Assembly: GCA_963700285.1 (NCBI GenBank)
Contig: CAVOXA010000001.1
Span: forward strand, 384,001-448,000
Length of the DNA: 64,000 bases
Source of the DNA: an uncultured Chloroflexia bacterium
Lineage (GTDB): Bacteria > Chloroflexota > Anaerolineae > JAAYZQ01
Direction: 5' to 3'
Under the pieces are notes generated by a model. It saw nothing but the letters and a program-made list of their open reading frames with translations, ran no database searches and was not told the origin of the DNA. The position numbers and the translations under genes are program-made. Within the stretch, counting starts at the first letter, position 1. Each line of letters starts with the position of its first letter. Below are positions 8,367 through 19,976 of this stretch, in pieces.

Positions 8367-10811
8367 TCATGATTCTGAGGATTCAGACGATCTTCGTTCT
8401 TGAATGGGCGCCAGCAGGACCGGGCGGTGGGTCTGTTGCACGACGCGGTCGGCTACGCTGCCCACCAGCAGGCCCTCCACCCCCCCCTGCCCATGGGTGG
8501 AGAGCATGATCACGTCGACGTCCTCCTCCTCGGCCACTCGGATGATCTTCTCTGCCGGTCGCGACCCGGCGACCAGCACGTGAGTCTCGATCCCCTCTGC
8601 ACGCAGGGCGGTCGCAATTTCCTCCAGGTACTGGTAGGCTTCGGCCTCGGCCTCGGCCCTCAACCGCTCGATCTCCTCTGCCATGACGCCGAACCGCTCC
8701 GGTCTGGGTACCTCCGGCACCCGTAGCAGCAGGACGACGCTGCCATACATGGTCGATGCTCGCACCATGGGTAGGACACGCTCAGCGAACTCGGAACCGT
8801 CCAGCGCAACCAGCAGCTTGCCGAACCTTGGTACGGGCGGCGGTCCACCTGGCGCTGGATGGATGATCAGGACCGGCCTGGTCAAGAGTTGGACCAGGCG
8901 GGTCGCGACGCTGCCCAGCATCCAGCGCTGCAATCCGGACCGGCCGTGGGTGCTGATGACAGACATGTCGATGGCCTGTTCCTCCATGAACTGGTTGACC
9001 GATTCGGCCACCGGCCCGCGCAGGACAGAATAGGTCACATCGATGCCTTTGGCACGCATCCGCTTGGCGACGCCCTGCAGATAGGTTTCCAGCTTCCGCC
9101 GCCTGCCGTTCAGCTCCTTCGAATCTGCGCTGGGGCGGCCCCACAGCCGAAAGCCGGACCGCTTCGGGCGCACAGAGACCAGGGTCAGACGGGCGTCAAA
9201 TGCCTGGCAGAGCGACTCTGCTGCTGGAAGCGCCTGTTCCGCATAGTCCGAACCATCGAGAGTCACCAGGACGTGTTGCGGTGTCCCCCGTGCTCGCTGC
9301 CAGAGGCGGCTAGGGGGAGCAATAGCACCCTCCTCCTGGGAAGAAAAAGTAGCCGGCAGGCTGACCGTACCTGCCCCGTCAGCAGCCTCAGCAGCAAAGG
9401 CTTGTCCAAAGCCAAAGCCGCCCAGCATGGCCACTTCCAGCTCGCCCAGCCGTTCTGCCAGAGAACTGGGAGCGCCGAGCCGCCCGCGAACGTAGGTAAA
9501 GGCCCCAAAGAGAATGGGGATAAAGACAAAGTAGGTCCAGGCGCCCTCAACGAATCGCTCCCGAAAGATGACAACCGTGGCGGCTGTGGTGATGCTTGCT
9601 GCCAGCACCGTGCCAACCAGCATAGCCATGTATGATGCCGAGAAACCTTGGCGCAGTTCCCGTGCCAGGCGCTTGGAGGCCGCCCAACCGGTCATGCTCA
9701 GGAGGACGAACACGCCTGCGGCATAGATGGCCAGGTAGGTCTCCTCGTTGGTGCCCGCCAGCAAAAAGATGAGCGTCACCAGACCCACCTCCAGCCACAC
9801 CGGCTTGTCGGCCACGCCAAAGCGATTCTGTTGGCCCAGGGAAGCGGGGATATAGTTCCGATTTTTCAGGCCGAGCGCCAGATTCTGCAATCCCTGGGCG
9901 CTGGCTGCGGAAGCCGATCCCAGGACCAACACACTGACCAGCGTGCCCAGGTAGGGCAGCGGCGCCGGCAAGAGCTGGTCCATCGTCTGGGTGAAGACCG
10001 AAACGTGCGGGTCGGTGGGATCCGAGAGGTTGGCGATGGCCGGTCCGACGATCAACATGGTCACCGCCGTGGTGCCCATGATGATCAGCAGGCTGCCGAA
10101 AGCCTTGTTGCTGCGCTGGCGGGGTTGTCCCCCGTAGGCGGCCACCAGGTTGGCAAAGACCTCGATGCCGGTCATTACGGCCAGCATGCGGGTAAAGCCC
10201 CCAAAGGTAAAGTGAAGGTAGTCGCCCGTGAATGCCTGCAGATTGAGGGTGGGCAGATGTAGGCCATACCGCCAGATGGTGGCGCCGATCATGGCCCACA
10301 GCAGGATCAGGACACCCGCTGTGGCCGGACCAAAGACATAGGCCGAGGTTTTGGGCCCGCGGTTGACCAGATAGCCGATAGCGATGCTCAGCAAAATGGC
10401 GACCAGGGTCCGGTACTGGATGCCCAAGATCGAGTCGTTCAGCATGGGGAGGCGGTCGGCGAGGAACGTGACCAGGGCGGCCATGCTCACCAGGAAGGTC
10501 AGGGTATACTCCACAAAGGTGATCGCCGCGTTGACCTTGGCCGCCCAGCCCCCGAACTCTTCCTCGCTCAGACCGGTTCCACCGCTGCCGTCGGTCACCC
10601 ATAACATCACCAGCCGGTACATGGCCGACACCATGGCGATGGTAAAGACTACCAGCCAGATGGTGGCCCCGAACGTAACCGCAGCCACCCCACCGACGAC
10701 GATCAGCCTGAGGAAAGGTCCAAAGACGTACAGGGGCGAGGTTGCCGGATCGCCTCCCGCGGCCAGTGCGCCTTCGACAGAATTGGATAGTTTGTGCGAG
10801 ACGTGCGCCAT
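8367..10811 (-). CDS. APC-superfamily (KimA/YdaO-like) permease fused to two universal stress protein domains
   Basis: About 12 TM segments with TGIEVFAN; two USP domains (LDGSDYAEQAL..THGRSGLQRWMLGSVA; LDGSEFAE..THGQGG..GSVADRVV). Confidence 0.85.
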   Translation of the reverse strand: MAHVSHKLSNSVEGALAAGGDPATSPLYVFGPFLRLIVVGGVAAVTFGATIWLVVFTIAMVSAMYRLVMLWVTDGSGGTGLSEEEFGGWAAKVNAAITFVEYTLTFLVSMAALVTFLADRLPMLNDSILGIQYRTLVAILLSIAIGYLVNRGPKTSAYVFGPATAGVLILLWAMIGATIWRYGLHLPTLNLQAFTGDYLHFTFGGFTRMLAVMTGIEVFANLVAAYGGQPRQRSNKAFGSLLIIMGTTAVTMLIVGPAIANLSDPTDPHVSVFTQTMDQLLPAPLPYLGTLVSVLVLGSASAASAQGLQNLALGLKNRNYIPASLGQQNRFGVADKPVWLEVGLVTLIFLLAGTNEETYLAIYAAGVFVLLSMTGWAASKRLARELRQGFSASYMAMLVGTVLAASITTAATVVIFRERFVEGAWTYFVFIPILFGAFTYVRGRLGAPSSLAERLGELEVAMLGGFGFGQAFAAEAADGAGTVSLPATFSSQEEGAIAPPSRLWQRARGTPQHVLVTLDGSDYAEQALPAAESLCQAFDARLTLVSVRPKRSGFRLWGRPSADSKELNGRRRKLETYLQGVAKRMRAKGIDVTYSVLRGPVAESVNQFMEEQAIDMSVISTHGRSGLQRWMLGSVATRLVQLLTRPVLIIHPAPGGPPPVPRFGKLLVALDGSEFAERVLPMVRASTMYGSVVLLLRVPEVPRPERFGVMAEEIERLRAEAEAEAYQYLEEIATALRAEGIETHVLVAGSRPAEKIIRVAEEEDVDVIMLSTHGQGGVEGLLVGSVADRVVQQTHRPVLLAPIQERRSSESSES

Positions 10812-11145
10812 GCTAGGCTTGTCCCTCCCAGATCATGTGATAACTTGGATGCGGTACCGAGATCTGCTTGCCCTCGCTCCCCAGCCCCCAACCGCCCCAG
10901 GAGCGGGAAGCCACGTCGGCGGAAATACGCTGCCGGTAAAGCTTGGTGCGGATGAATGGCAGGCGATCTGTTTCGCTTGACACTAGGCTGTTCCCAGGGG
11001 GAGATTATACCATAGCGAGGAACGAACAACAACACGTCGCTTCCGCAGGAAACGCCACGTGCGTTGAGAGCACGCGACGGGACAGTGAAACAGTGGAACT
11101 GGAACCCGCCAGGGATGAGGCGCAGTGCACCCCACCCCTGGCTGT

Positions 11146-11726
11146 TTAGGTGATCACAAAGCCCATGTCCCCCACTGCCGAGCCGGCCGGGGCTTTGCCC
11201 TTGAACTGGCTCATATACAGGGTATAGTAGAATCCCTCCTTGGCCATCAGCTCATCGTGCGAGGCCATCTCCACTATCTCGCCACCGTTGACTACCATGA
11301 TCCGGTGCGAGTCGCGGATGGTAAGATCACGACCAGAATCATGAGGATCTGCAGGACCGCGCGTACGAGTTGGCCAACTGCTGACTCGCAGAACAGGGCC
11401 ACGGCCTCCGCGTCGTTGGTTACCCTGCTCAGGATCTCGCCCACAGGCATCCTGTGGAAAAAGCCCATCGACAGCGACTGCATATGGGAGAATAGATGGA
11501 TCTGGAGCTTGCTGAGTGCCTTGGTCGCCTGGCCGATGACAAAAGGCATGGCCATTAGGCCGAGCAGGGCTACCACGCGGATGAGGATCCCCCCGATGAA
11601 CTTGCCCCGGGCCTCTCCACCGGCCATGTACTCCAGCAACTGCTGCAGGGTCGCGCCGCTATTGTCCTTTGTCTCCTCCTTTGCACCTATTGGCTTTTTG
11701 CCTGCTGTAGCTGTTGCTGTCGTCAT
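11146..11726 (-). pseudogene. ABC exporter (permease+ATPase) subunit, collapsed by internal deletions
   Basis: LSMGFFHRMPVGEILSRVTND (TMD) joined with a frameshift to TIRDSHRIMVVNGGEIVEMASHDELMAKEGFYYTLYMSQF (NBD tail), stop at 11146. Confidence 0.8.
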
Positions 11727-12190
11727 GCTGGCACCTCCTCCAGACCCACTCCAGCCGTGACGGCACCGCCAAGCTGGGATTCATAGATCTCCTGGTAAAG
11801 TGGGCTGCTCTGTAGCAACTCTTTGTGGGTGCCCATGGCCACGATTTCCCCGTTCTGCAGGAGTACGATGTTGTCTAGTTCGATCACGGCGCTGATCCGC
11901 TGGGCGACGTACAGTGTCGTACTGCCGTGCGTAAACTTGGGGATCTCTGCCTGGCCGCGACCCTCGGTAGAGGCGTCCAGGGCACTCGTACTGTCGTCTA
12001 GGATCAGGATCTTGGGTTCTGGCATCAGGGCTCGGTTGATCGACAGGCGCTGGCGCTGGCCACCGGTGCATCCCACTTCTCTGGAAGATTGTTGACAAAA
12101 CCCCACGTGTCAGCCGTCTTGGCCGCACTAAACATGACCCCATCCTCCGCCTCGGGATTCCCAAACTCTAGGTTGAAGCGCAGGTCACCC
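11723..12190 (-). pseudogene. ABC exporter partner subunit, C-terminal NBD remnant
   Basis: NLEFGNPEA..AAKTAD in one frame, GGQRQRLSINRALMPEPKILILDDSTSALDA in another; no TMD or Walker A. Confidence 0.8.
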
Positions 12191-12209
12191 TTACCCTGAC
12201 ACCCTGTCA

Positions 12210-12776
12210 TTACCGTGAACTTTTCGCCCCCTTGTCGGTGAAGCGCTGCACGCGTTTGATAACAAAGGTTCCCCTCAACCTGCCTTCAGGCCACGAGTAG
12301 GTGACAATGGTACCCGCCAGTTTGTCGTGGAAGCCCTGGCGCCGGTTGTCGAACAGGATCCACAGAAAGCCCAGAAAAAAGATGGCCGAGACCCAGTAGC
12401 CAACCTGCCGCACCAGGGCATCGCCCACCCTCAGTCGCTTGCCGTCCGTGCGCATGACGCGCACGCCCAGTATCCGCTTGCCAGGCGTCTGGCCTGCTAG
12501 CAGCCAGAAACCGACGTCGTACAGGATGGAGACCAGGAGATAGATCCCCAGGGTTGACAACAGAATAGCCAAGACCGCGTCGATCATCGCATCTTGACTC
12601 AAGCTCTCAAGCCACTGGTTCACCCGAAAAAGACTGAGAAAATACTGGATCACCAGGAGGATGACGAACGCGATGCCAAAGGCGATGATGCGGTCGAGGG
12701 CAAAGGCGGCTGAGCGCGAAAAGAAACCGGCGTAGCGGCCCAGGATAGCGGGCGGGGGCGTCTTCTCAGTTGGCAT
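12210..12776 (-). CDS. RDD family membrane protein
   Basis: YAGFFSRSAAFALD, GQTPGKRILGVRV, RQGFHDKLAGTIV. Confidence 0.9.
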   Translation of the reverse strand: MPTEKTPPPAILGRYAGFFSRSAAFALDRIIAFGIAFVILLVIQYFLSLFRVNQWLESLSQDAMIDAVLAILLSTLGIYLLVSILYDVGFWLLAGQTPGKRILGVRVMRTDGKRLRVGDALVRQVGYWVSAIFFLGFLWILFDNRRQGFHDKLAGTIVTYSWPEGRLRGTFVIKRVQRFTDKGAKSSR

Positions 12777-13392
12777 CAGGCGCCTCTCCTTCCACCCTGG
12801 CCGTAGGCACATACATCGTTTGGGGCTGTCCTTCCACGGGCGAAGGGGGCAAGTCGCGGCGGGGTTTCCGCCTCAGTAGCCAGCGCAACAGTGCCTCGCC
12901 GGCATCGTCAGCCGTAAGGGTCACGGACCGCGCGTTGTCCATGACGCTCGTGACCATGCCCACTCCCTGCTGGCCGATCAGATCCTGCACAAACTCGTGC
13001 ATCTCGGGGTTCTCGGCAATCTCGTCCATGACCTCGAGAGCGAGGGTACCCAATGCCCCAGTTGTGAGTGCCCGGCCTTGTTGTTCTTCCAGCTCTCCCT
13101 CTCTGACGATGCGGGCAGCCTCTTTGCGCCATTGTCCGAGTTGCGCCGCAATGGGCCTGCGGATAGGTTGGGAAAGGCGACCGGCGCCCCATCGATTGGA
13201 CGCAGAAGCAAAACGATCTGCCAACCTGTCTTGCATGTCCTGCAGACGCCATGCAGCCTCGTCGCCGCCCAGGGCCAGGAGGCCTACGAGAAAGCGCAGC
13301 GCGAGATCGACACTATCCCGATTATGATCGGTGTTCAGATCAGTTTGTGCAAGCAAAGGTCCCTGATCTGTGCCCTGGAATTCGTCGTTCAT
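12766..13392 (-). CDS. Hypothetical helical protein coupled to the RDD gene
   Basis: 208-aa ORF with GGAG RBS, overlapping the RDD start. Confidence 0.6.
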   Translation of the reverse strand: MNDEFQGTDQGPLLAQTDLNTDHNRDSVDLALRFLVGLLALGGDEAAWRLQDMQDRLADRFASASNRWGAGRLSQPIRRPIAAQLGQWRKEAARIVREGELEEQQGRALTTGALGTLALEVMDEIAENPEMHEFVQDLIGQQGVGMVTSVMDNARSVTLTADDAGEALLRWLLRRKPRRDLPPSPVEGQPQTMYVPTARVEGEAPDAN

Positions 13393-13715
13393 GATCTACT
13401 CCGTGCCGAGAGGTGATGTCACGGGTGATCAGACCAGGCTTTGTAGTGCCCTCAGTCGATCCTGTGGCTGAGTAGGGCTACCAGGTCGCCGCCGACACGC
13501 GGATGGTAGAGTCTGGTATGGATCAGGGACGGAGAAGGATGGTTGCTTCAGTCGCCATTGCAAGCATAGCCTGTCCCGAAATCACATACCATGGAAAGTA
13601 TGGATTCTATAATACCTTAGACTTACCCAGCGTGCATCTGCTATCGGCATAGTGTTCCGCCTCTGGGCCCATCAAGTGGGGGGAACGTTAATACACATCA
13701 CCAATTTGGGCGCAA

Positions 13716-13744
13716 TTGACAATTAGCTTTCCCTGTTGTATAAT
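13716..13744 (+). promoter_or_regulatory. Consensus sigma70 promoter upstream of rubrerythrin
   Basis: TTGACA-17 nt-TATAAT exact match. Confidence 0.8.
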
Positions 13745-13905
13745 CCTCCGCGATACTTCCTTGTTCTGTCGCACGTGATTGCATCGACACCCGCTCGATC
13801 TCGGACCTCTGTACGACAAACTCGGAGATTTCGAACCACACGGCCATAGAACACGTCTAGGGCCTATGGGTTCGGTATAAAACGCAGAAGAAAGGGAAAA
13901 TGATT

Positions 13906-14406
13906 ATGGCAACGATTGAAAATCTCCAGGATGCCTTTGCCGGCGAAAGCCAGGCCAATCGAAAGTATCTGGCTTTTGCCAAGAAAGCAGATGCTGATGG
14001 TTACCCCCAGGTCGCCAAGCTCTTTCGCGCGGCGGCCGGGGCGGAGACCGTCCACGCCATGGCCCACCTGCGGGCCATGGGCGGCATCAAGGACACTGCT
14101 GAGAACCTGCAGGCGGCCGCCGGGGGCGAAGGTTTTGAATTCCAGGAGATGTATCCGCCCTATCTGGCCCAGGCAGAAGAAGAGGGCGACAAGAAGGCAG
14201 CGGTCTCCTTCAAATATGCTTTGGCCGTCGAGGAGATCCACTACAACCTATACGTCGAGGCCCTGGCTGCTGTGAAGGCCGGCCTGGATCTGTCAGAGGA
14301 GCGGATCTTTGTCTGTGACGTCTGCGGCAACACGGTCTATGGCGAAGCGCCGGACAAGTGCCCCATCTGTGGAGCGCGACACAATCGCTTCTTCGAAGTA
14401 GAATAG
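13906..14406 (+). CDS. rbr: Rubrerythrin
   Basis: AFAGESQANRKY, ETVHA, EEIH di-iron motifs; C-terminal CDVC..CPIC rubredoxin-like domain. Confidence 0.95.
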   Translation: MATIENLQDAFAGESQANRKYLAFAKKADADGYPQVAKLFRAAAGAETVHAMAHLRAMGGIKDTAENLQAAAGGEGFEFQEMYPPYLAQAEEEGDKKAAVSFKYALAVEEIHYNLYVEALAAVKAGLDLSEERIFVCDVCGNTVYGEAPDKCPICGARHNRFFEVE

Positions 14407-14428
14407 GGCCCGACCGCCAGGAAACAAA

Positions 14429-14463
14429 GGGCGCTGCCTGTTTGGGACAGGCGGCGCTCTTTT
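14429..14463 (+). terminator. Intrinsic terminator after rubrerythrin
   Basis: GGGCGCTGCCTGT-TTGGG-ACAGGCGGCGCTC followed by TTTT. Confidence 0.75.
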
Positions 14464-14562
14464 GCTTGCCTGAAACATACGGGGGCGAGTCTCCCCGCTG
14501 AGTCGTCCCTGGAACGTCGGACGACAGCATGCTGTCGTTTCTAGAAGCCATCGTCCAGAGCC

Positions 14563-15795
14563 TCAGCTTGCAGGCTCCCCCTGCCTCTTACCCGGGGCCA
14601 TCCATCCCAGCACCAGATAGCCCAACCCTGCTGCCAGGCCGGCGACCAGGCCTCCATACCAAATGGCCATCGGCCCGATCTGGTCGTTGAGGAATCCCCC
14701 GATGACCGGGCCAAGGCCGATGCCCACCCGCCAGGTGAGGCCGTAGAAGCCCATATATCGCCCCCGCATGTCGGGCGGTGACAAGTTAGCCGCCAGCGTC
14801 GTGCCGGTCGGTATCATGAGCATTTCGCCGGTGGTAATCACGGCCATGCTCAGCAGAAAATGCACGAATCCGGTACCCAGCGCGATGCTTCCCACCCCCA
14901 GAGCATAAAACATCGACCCCACGGCCATGACTGGCAGGGGAGGGAACTGTTTGGTACGCTTGGTGACGGTATACTGGAACAGAACCACCATGACCGCGTT
15001 GGTCGCCATCACAAATCCGTACTGGCTCTCCATCACACCGTACTGCTCCTTGCCATAGACCGGAAGTAGCACAAATACGAGGGCTGAGGGCACGATGGCC
15101 AGCGTCGTGACGGCACAGAAAGCCAGGAATCGCCCGTCGCGCAATAGGCGGCCATAGCCCCCGTTGGTCTCGCCCTCACCCTGTTCCACCTGCGGCGAGG
15201 GTAGCGTCTCGGTGGCAAGGAACAGGATGAGCAGGCCAAATGCGGCCGACGCCGCAGCCGCGGCATAGAAGGCCCAGTCATAGGAAACGGCGGCCAGGAA
15301 TCCTCCAACCGCTGGACCAATGGCAATCCCCACGTTGTTGCTCATGCGGATCAGGGCGTAGGCGCCCGATCTCTGCTCGGGCGGCAGTAGGTCGGCCACC
15401 ATTGCGTCGCTTCCAACACGGAACAGGGGGTTGAGCGCTCCGTTGGCCACCATCAGGGCGGCCCAAGCTGGCAGGCTGCTGGCCTGGCTCATGGCCACAT
15501 AGATGCCGGTGCTGGCGAACAAGCTGAGGACCATTACGCCCTTGCGACCGAGGCGATCGGCCACAGGGCCAGCGATCAGGGTCGCGACCAACGCAGAGGC
15601 CGAGTTCAGCGCCAGCAACAGGCCGATCGTCGTCAGGGGAATATCCAAACGCTGCCGGACAATGATCGTAAGGAATGGCCAGACCATACTGCCGCCGACT
15701 GCGCTGATGAGCATGCCGGCGAATAGCAGCCAGAACTGGCGGGGGTATTCAGCGATGAGGCGCCGGATGCTGTTCAGGCTGCGGGATACGGCCAC
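14563..15795 (-). CDS. MFS transporter
   Basis: About 12 TMs, motif A GPVADRLGRK, RGRYMGFY. Confidence 0.92.
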   Translation of the reverse strand: MAVSRSLNSIRRLIAEYPRQFWLLFAGMLISAVGGSMVWPFLTIIVRQRLDIPLTTIGLLLALNSASALVATLIAGPVADRLGRKGVMVLSLFASTGIYVAMSQASSLPAWAALMVANGALNPLFRVGSDAMVADLLPPEQRSGAYALIRMSNNVGIAIGPAVGGFLAAVSYDWAFYAAAAASAAFGLLILFLATETLPSPQVEQGEGETNGGYGRLLRDGRFLAFCAVTTLAIVPSALVFVLLPVYGKEQYGVMESQYGFVMATNAVMVVLFQYTVTKRTKQFPPLPVMAVGSMFYALGVGSIALGTGFVHFLLSMAVITTGEMLMIPTGTTLAANLSPPDMRGRYMGFYGLTWRVGIGLGPVIGGFLNDQIGPMAIWYGGLVAGLAAGLGYLVLGWMAPGKRQGEPAS

Positions 15796-15854
15796 TTGGT
15801 CTCCGGTTCGCTAGGACCAGGGTGAAAGTAGCTCTGATCCTCTGGGGGTTGAGT

Positions 15855-17333
<1,479 letters not shown>

Positions 17334-17501
17334 TCCTTCTCTGTATAGGTGATTCTTCTCTGGCCCTGATGATGGCCGGGCGCCATTCTATCATAGGCAT
17401 CGTGCCCCGTCAAAGGCTGTACCGGGCCATACGCCGCCTTTGTTGAGGTCGGGGCGCAACTGGATGGGAGCATTGCCTACCCCCGAGGGGCCTGGGCCCC
17501 T

Positions 17502-18566
17502 TCACCCCTGGCGCCAGCGTTCTAGAATGACATAATGGCTGCGGAAAGCGATCATTCCCAGGGGCGGCAGTTCGGTGGGTGAAAACCAGCGGGCAGTGGC
17601 TGCGTCATCGCCGGGCTTCAGGGTCCCGCTTGTTGCCTGTGCCTTATAGATCAGGTTGATCCCGGGTCCGCGGAAATCTTGCGTGTAGTGAGTTGCTTCC
17701 AATAGCTCGAGGCTGGCCACGATTAAGCCTGTCTCTTCTGTACACTCCCGGATGGCCGCGGCCTCGGGCGCCTCGTCCCATTCGACAAAGCCAGCGGGCA
17801 GGCACCATTGGCCCAAGCCTGGCTCGATGGCCCGCTGGACAAGCACTACCTGCCCGCCGCGTTCCACCAATACCGAGACCCCGACTTTCGGATCGCGAAA
17901 ATGGACAAAGCCACAGACCGGGCACACAGGCCGTTGCCGGCCAAAAGCCAGGTGTTTTTCCAATGGATGGGCGCAATGGGGGCAACAGCGCAGCGGCGCT
18001 CCCGGCTGCCAGCGGTCAAGGGTCTGGCTTCGCCAGGCATGGATGGCGCGTGCGTGGCCGCCGCCACACAAGGGTGCTGGCAACTGCTCCGGTGCATAGA
18101 AGCCGGCGGCAGAGATCTCTGGGCTCGTGCCGCCCCTGCGCAGCCTGCCGCCTACGACTTGGGCTTCATAGACTACCAGCAGGCCGTTGCCCCGCGGGTC
18201 ATCGTCAAAGTAGTAGACATCGACCAGGCGACCCACCTGAACCTGGAGGCCGCTTTCCTCGGCTGCCTCGCGCGCAGCGGCGACGGGCGGAGGCTCATCG
18301 GCCTCACAGTAGCCGGCGGGCAGGTTCCAGCTTCCGGGGAAGGCCTTGCTCTCCGGCGAGCGTTGTACCAGGAGCAACGCGCCTTCGTGTTCGACCAGTA
18401 CACCGGCGCCGACCTTGAGCTGTTGGTAGGCGATATGGCCACATGCCGGGCAGACCGGCCGCAGCCGGCCATCGAGTTGCTGCTCTATCAGCTTGGTACC
18501 ACACTGGCTACAGTACAATCCCAGTCTCCCAGATACCTGCCCGCAGGGATGCTGGCTATCTGCCAC
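17502..18566 (-). CDS. Tandem (zinc ribbon + NUDIX) x2 hydrolase
   Basis: Two CxxC..CxxC ribbons, each followed by a Nudix box (PAGYCEADE..AREAAEESGL; PAGFVEWDE..IRECTEETGL); GTG start after GAGGG. Confidence 0.85.
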   Translation of the reverse strand: MADSQHPCGQVSGRLGLYCSQCGTKLIEQQLDGRLRPVCPACGHIAYQQLKVGAGVLVEHEGALLLVQRSPESKAFPGSWNLPAGYCEADEPPPVAAAREAAEESGLQVQVGRLVDVYYFDDDPRGNGLLVVYEAQVVGGRLRRGGTSPEISAAGFYAPEQLPAPLCGGGHARAIHAWRSQTLDRWQPGAPLRCCPHCAHPLEKHLAFGRQRPVCPVCGFVHFRDPKVGVSVLVERGGQVVLVQRAIEPGLGQWCLPAGFVEWDEAPEAAAIRECTEETGLIVASLELLEATHYTQDFRGPGINLIYKAQATSGTLKPGDDAATARWFSPTELPPLGMIAFRSHYVILERWRQG

Positions 18567-18828
18567 ATCTGTTTCCCTCGCGACCGAGGTGCAGGGGATT
18601 GTACCACAGGTCCTTGCAGAACCCAAGCAATGAGTCCCATGTACCAACTCAGGTTTATGGGAGGCGGGCCGTGCGCTACCGATGCCTGCTAGCCTCGGAC
18701 CACGGTCCAGCACTCCAGAGCATTTCACCTCCTGAGCCTGGTACGAGTGAATTGGCCAGCTTCTTCCAGATTCGCTGGCATAGGGTCAACTCACGGCGTG
18801 TCTCTACTGGCCATTCACCTTTTGAGGC

Positions 18829-19974
18829 TCACGGCAGATCCCGGCAGTTCCCGCTGCCGGCCTGGATCGAGTGGTCCGGATTGGCGACGAGGATGCACAT
18901 CTGTGATGCGTTTGCGGGGCGGTCCGCTACACCATACTCTGTGAAGGGGCTCGTGCCGCCATAGACGATCCAGGGGCCGCTGCCAGGGACGCCGGCTTCC
19001 CCCTGAGGCACCGTGTCAAAAAAGAAGTGCACGTGCTGTCCCGGAAGCTGCGGCTCGAATCCCAAAGTCTCAAAGTCTACCACATAGCCTTCGCCCTGTA
19101 TGGAAATGCTGTTGATGCGCGCGGATTCGGGTTGCAGGGCAATTTCAAAACTCCACATCCAGACTACATTGCTGCCGTTGTAGGGGTTGATGTCGATGGT
19201 GACGGTGTGCAGGCCGTTGGTAATCTGCGCGCCTCCTGGCCAGTGAGCATCGTACTCAGCCAGGGATAGTACGTCGCAGTCTGGCTCGCCCCCGCCAAAT
19301 ACGCAATAGCCGGCGTTGTTTTCGGTCCTTTCGTGAACCGGGTTGCCGTTTGGGTCGAGGATGGTAAAGGTGACATTTTCGATGCCGTCGCCGTCGTTCG
19401 TGCCGACATTGGCATCGAACACCTCGGCCTGAAAGACGATCCGGTCACGGTAGACCATGGGCTCTGTGGCTTCGCCCGGCGAATAGCCCGGCAGGGTGAC
19501 ATTGCGCCCGTCCTTCACCGGGTGGTTGTTGCGGATATTCGGTACGTCACCGCCGCCTCCGTCCACTGGCAGGACTGCGATCAAGACCGGTGTTGGGCTA
19601 GGTGGCGGGGGTGGTGGGGTGTCAGAAGGATCCGGTGGCGGTGCTTCTGTCGCGGCTGGCTGCTGTACGTCCGTGACTGCCGGAACAGGGGTCAGGGTCG
19701 GTGATGGGGATGTATCCTTCGGCGCGGCTGCCGCCAGTGTGGGTGTGTCCTCGGGTGGTGGTGCTTCTGCCGGCGCGGCTGCCGTTAGGGTGGGTATGGG
19801 TTCGGGCGGTGGTACGGCTGCGGTCAGTGTGGCCGCGACTGCCAGGTCTTCGGCCACGCGCGTGGCGACGCGATCTGCTTCTGGCTCATCCGCCGGGGAT
19901 GATCCACCGCAGGCTACCACCAAGAGCCCGGTCAGAATCAGGCTGAAAACCAGGAACGATCTGTGCTTTGTCAT
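18829..19974 (-). CDS. Lipoprotein with Pro/Thr linker and two beta-rich extracellular domains
   Basis: Signal peptide with lipobox LVVA-C; Pro/Thr-rich linker; C-terminal HVHFFFD domain with paired Cys; starts 2 nt after the TPR gene stop. Confidence 0.8.
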   Translation of the reverse strand: MTKHRSFLVFSLILTGLLVVACGGSSPADEPEADRVATRVAEDLAVAATLTAAVPPPEPIPTLTAAAPAEAPPPEDTPTLAAAAPKDTSPSPTLTPVPAVTDVQQPAATEAPPPDPSDTPPPPPPSPTPVLIAVLPVDGGGGDVPNIRNNHPVKDGRNVTLPGYSPGEATEPMVYRDRIVFQAEVFDANVGTNDGDGIENVTFTILDPNGNPVHERTENNAGYCVFGGGEPDCDVLSLAEYDAHWPGGAQITNGLHTVTIDINPYNGSNVVWMWSFEIALQPESARINSISIQGEGYVVDFETLGFEPQLPGQHVHFFFDTVPQGEAGVPGSGPWIVYGGTSPFTEYGVADRPANASQMCILVANPDHSIQAGSGNCRDLP

Positions 19975-19976
19975 GT

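Noticed and set aside
10812-11145. c-di-AMP (ydaO) riboswitch upstream of the KimA-like transporter
   Set aside because: The conserved GCTGAATCC / CCGTCAGCTAAC-type segments were not found on the minus strand.
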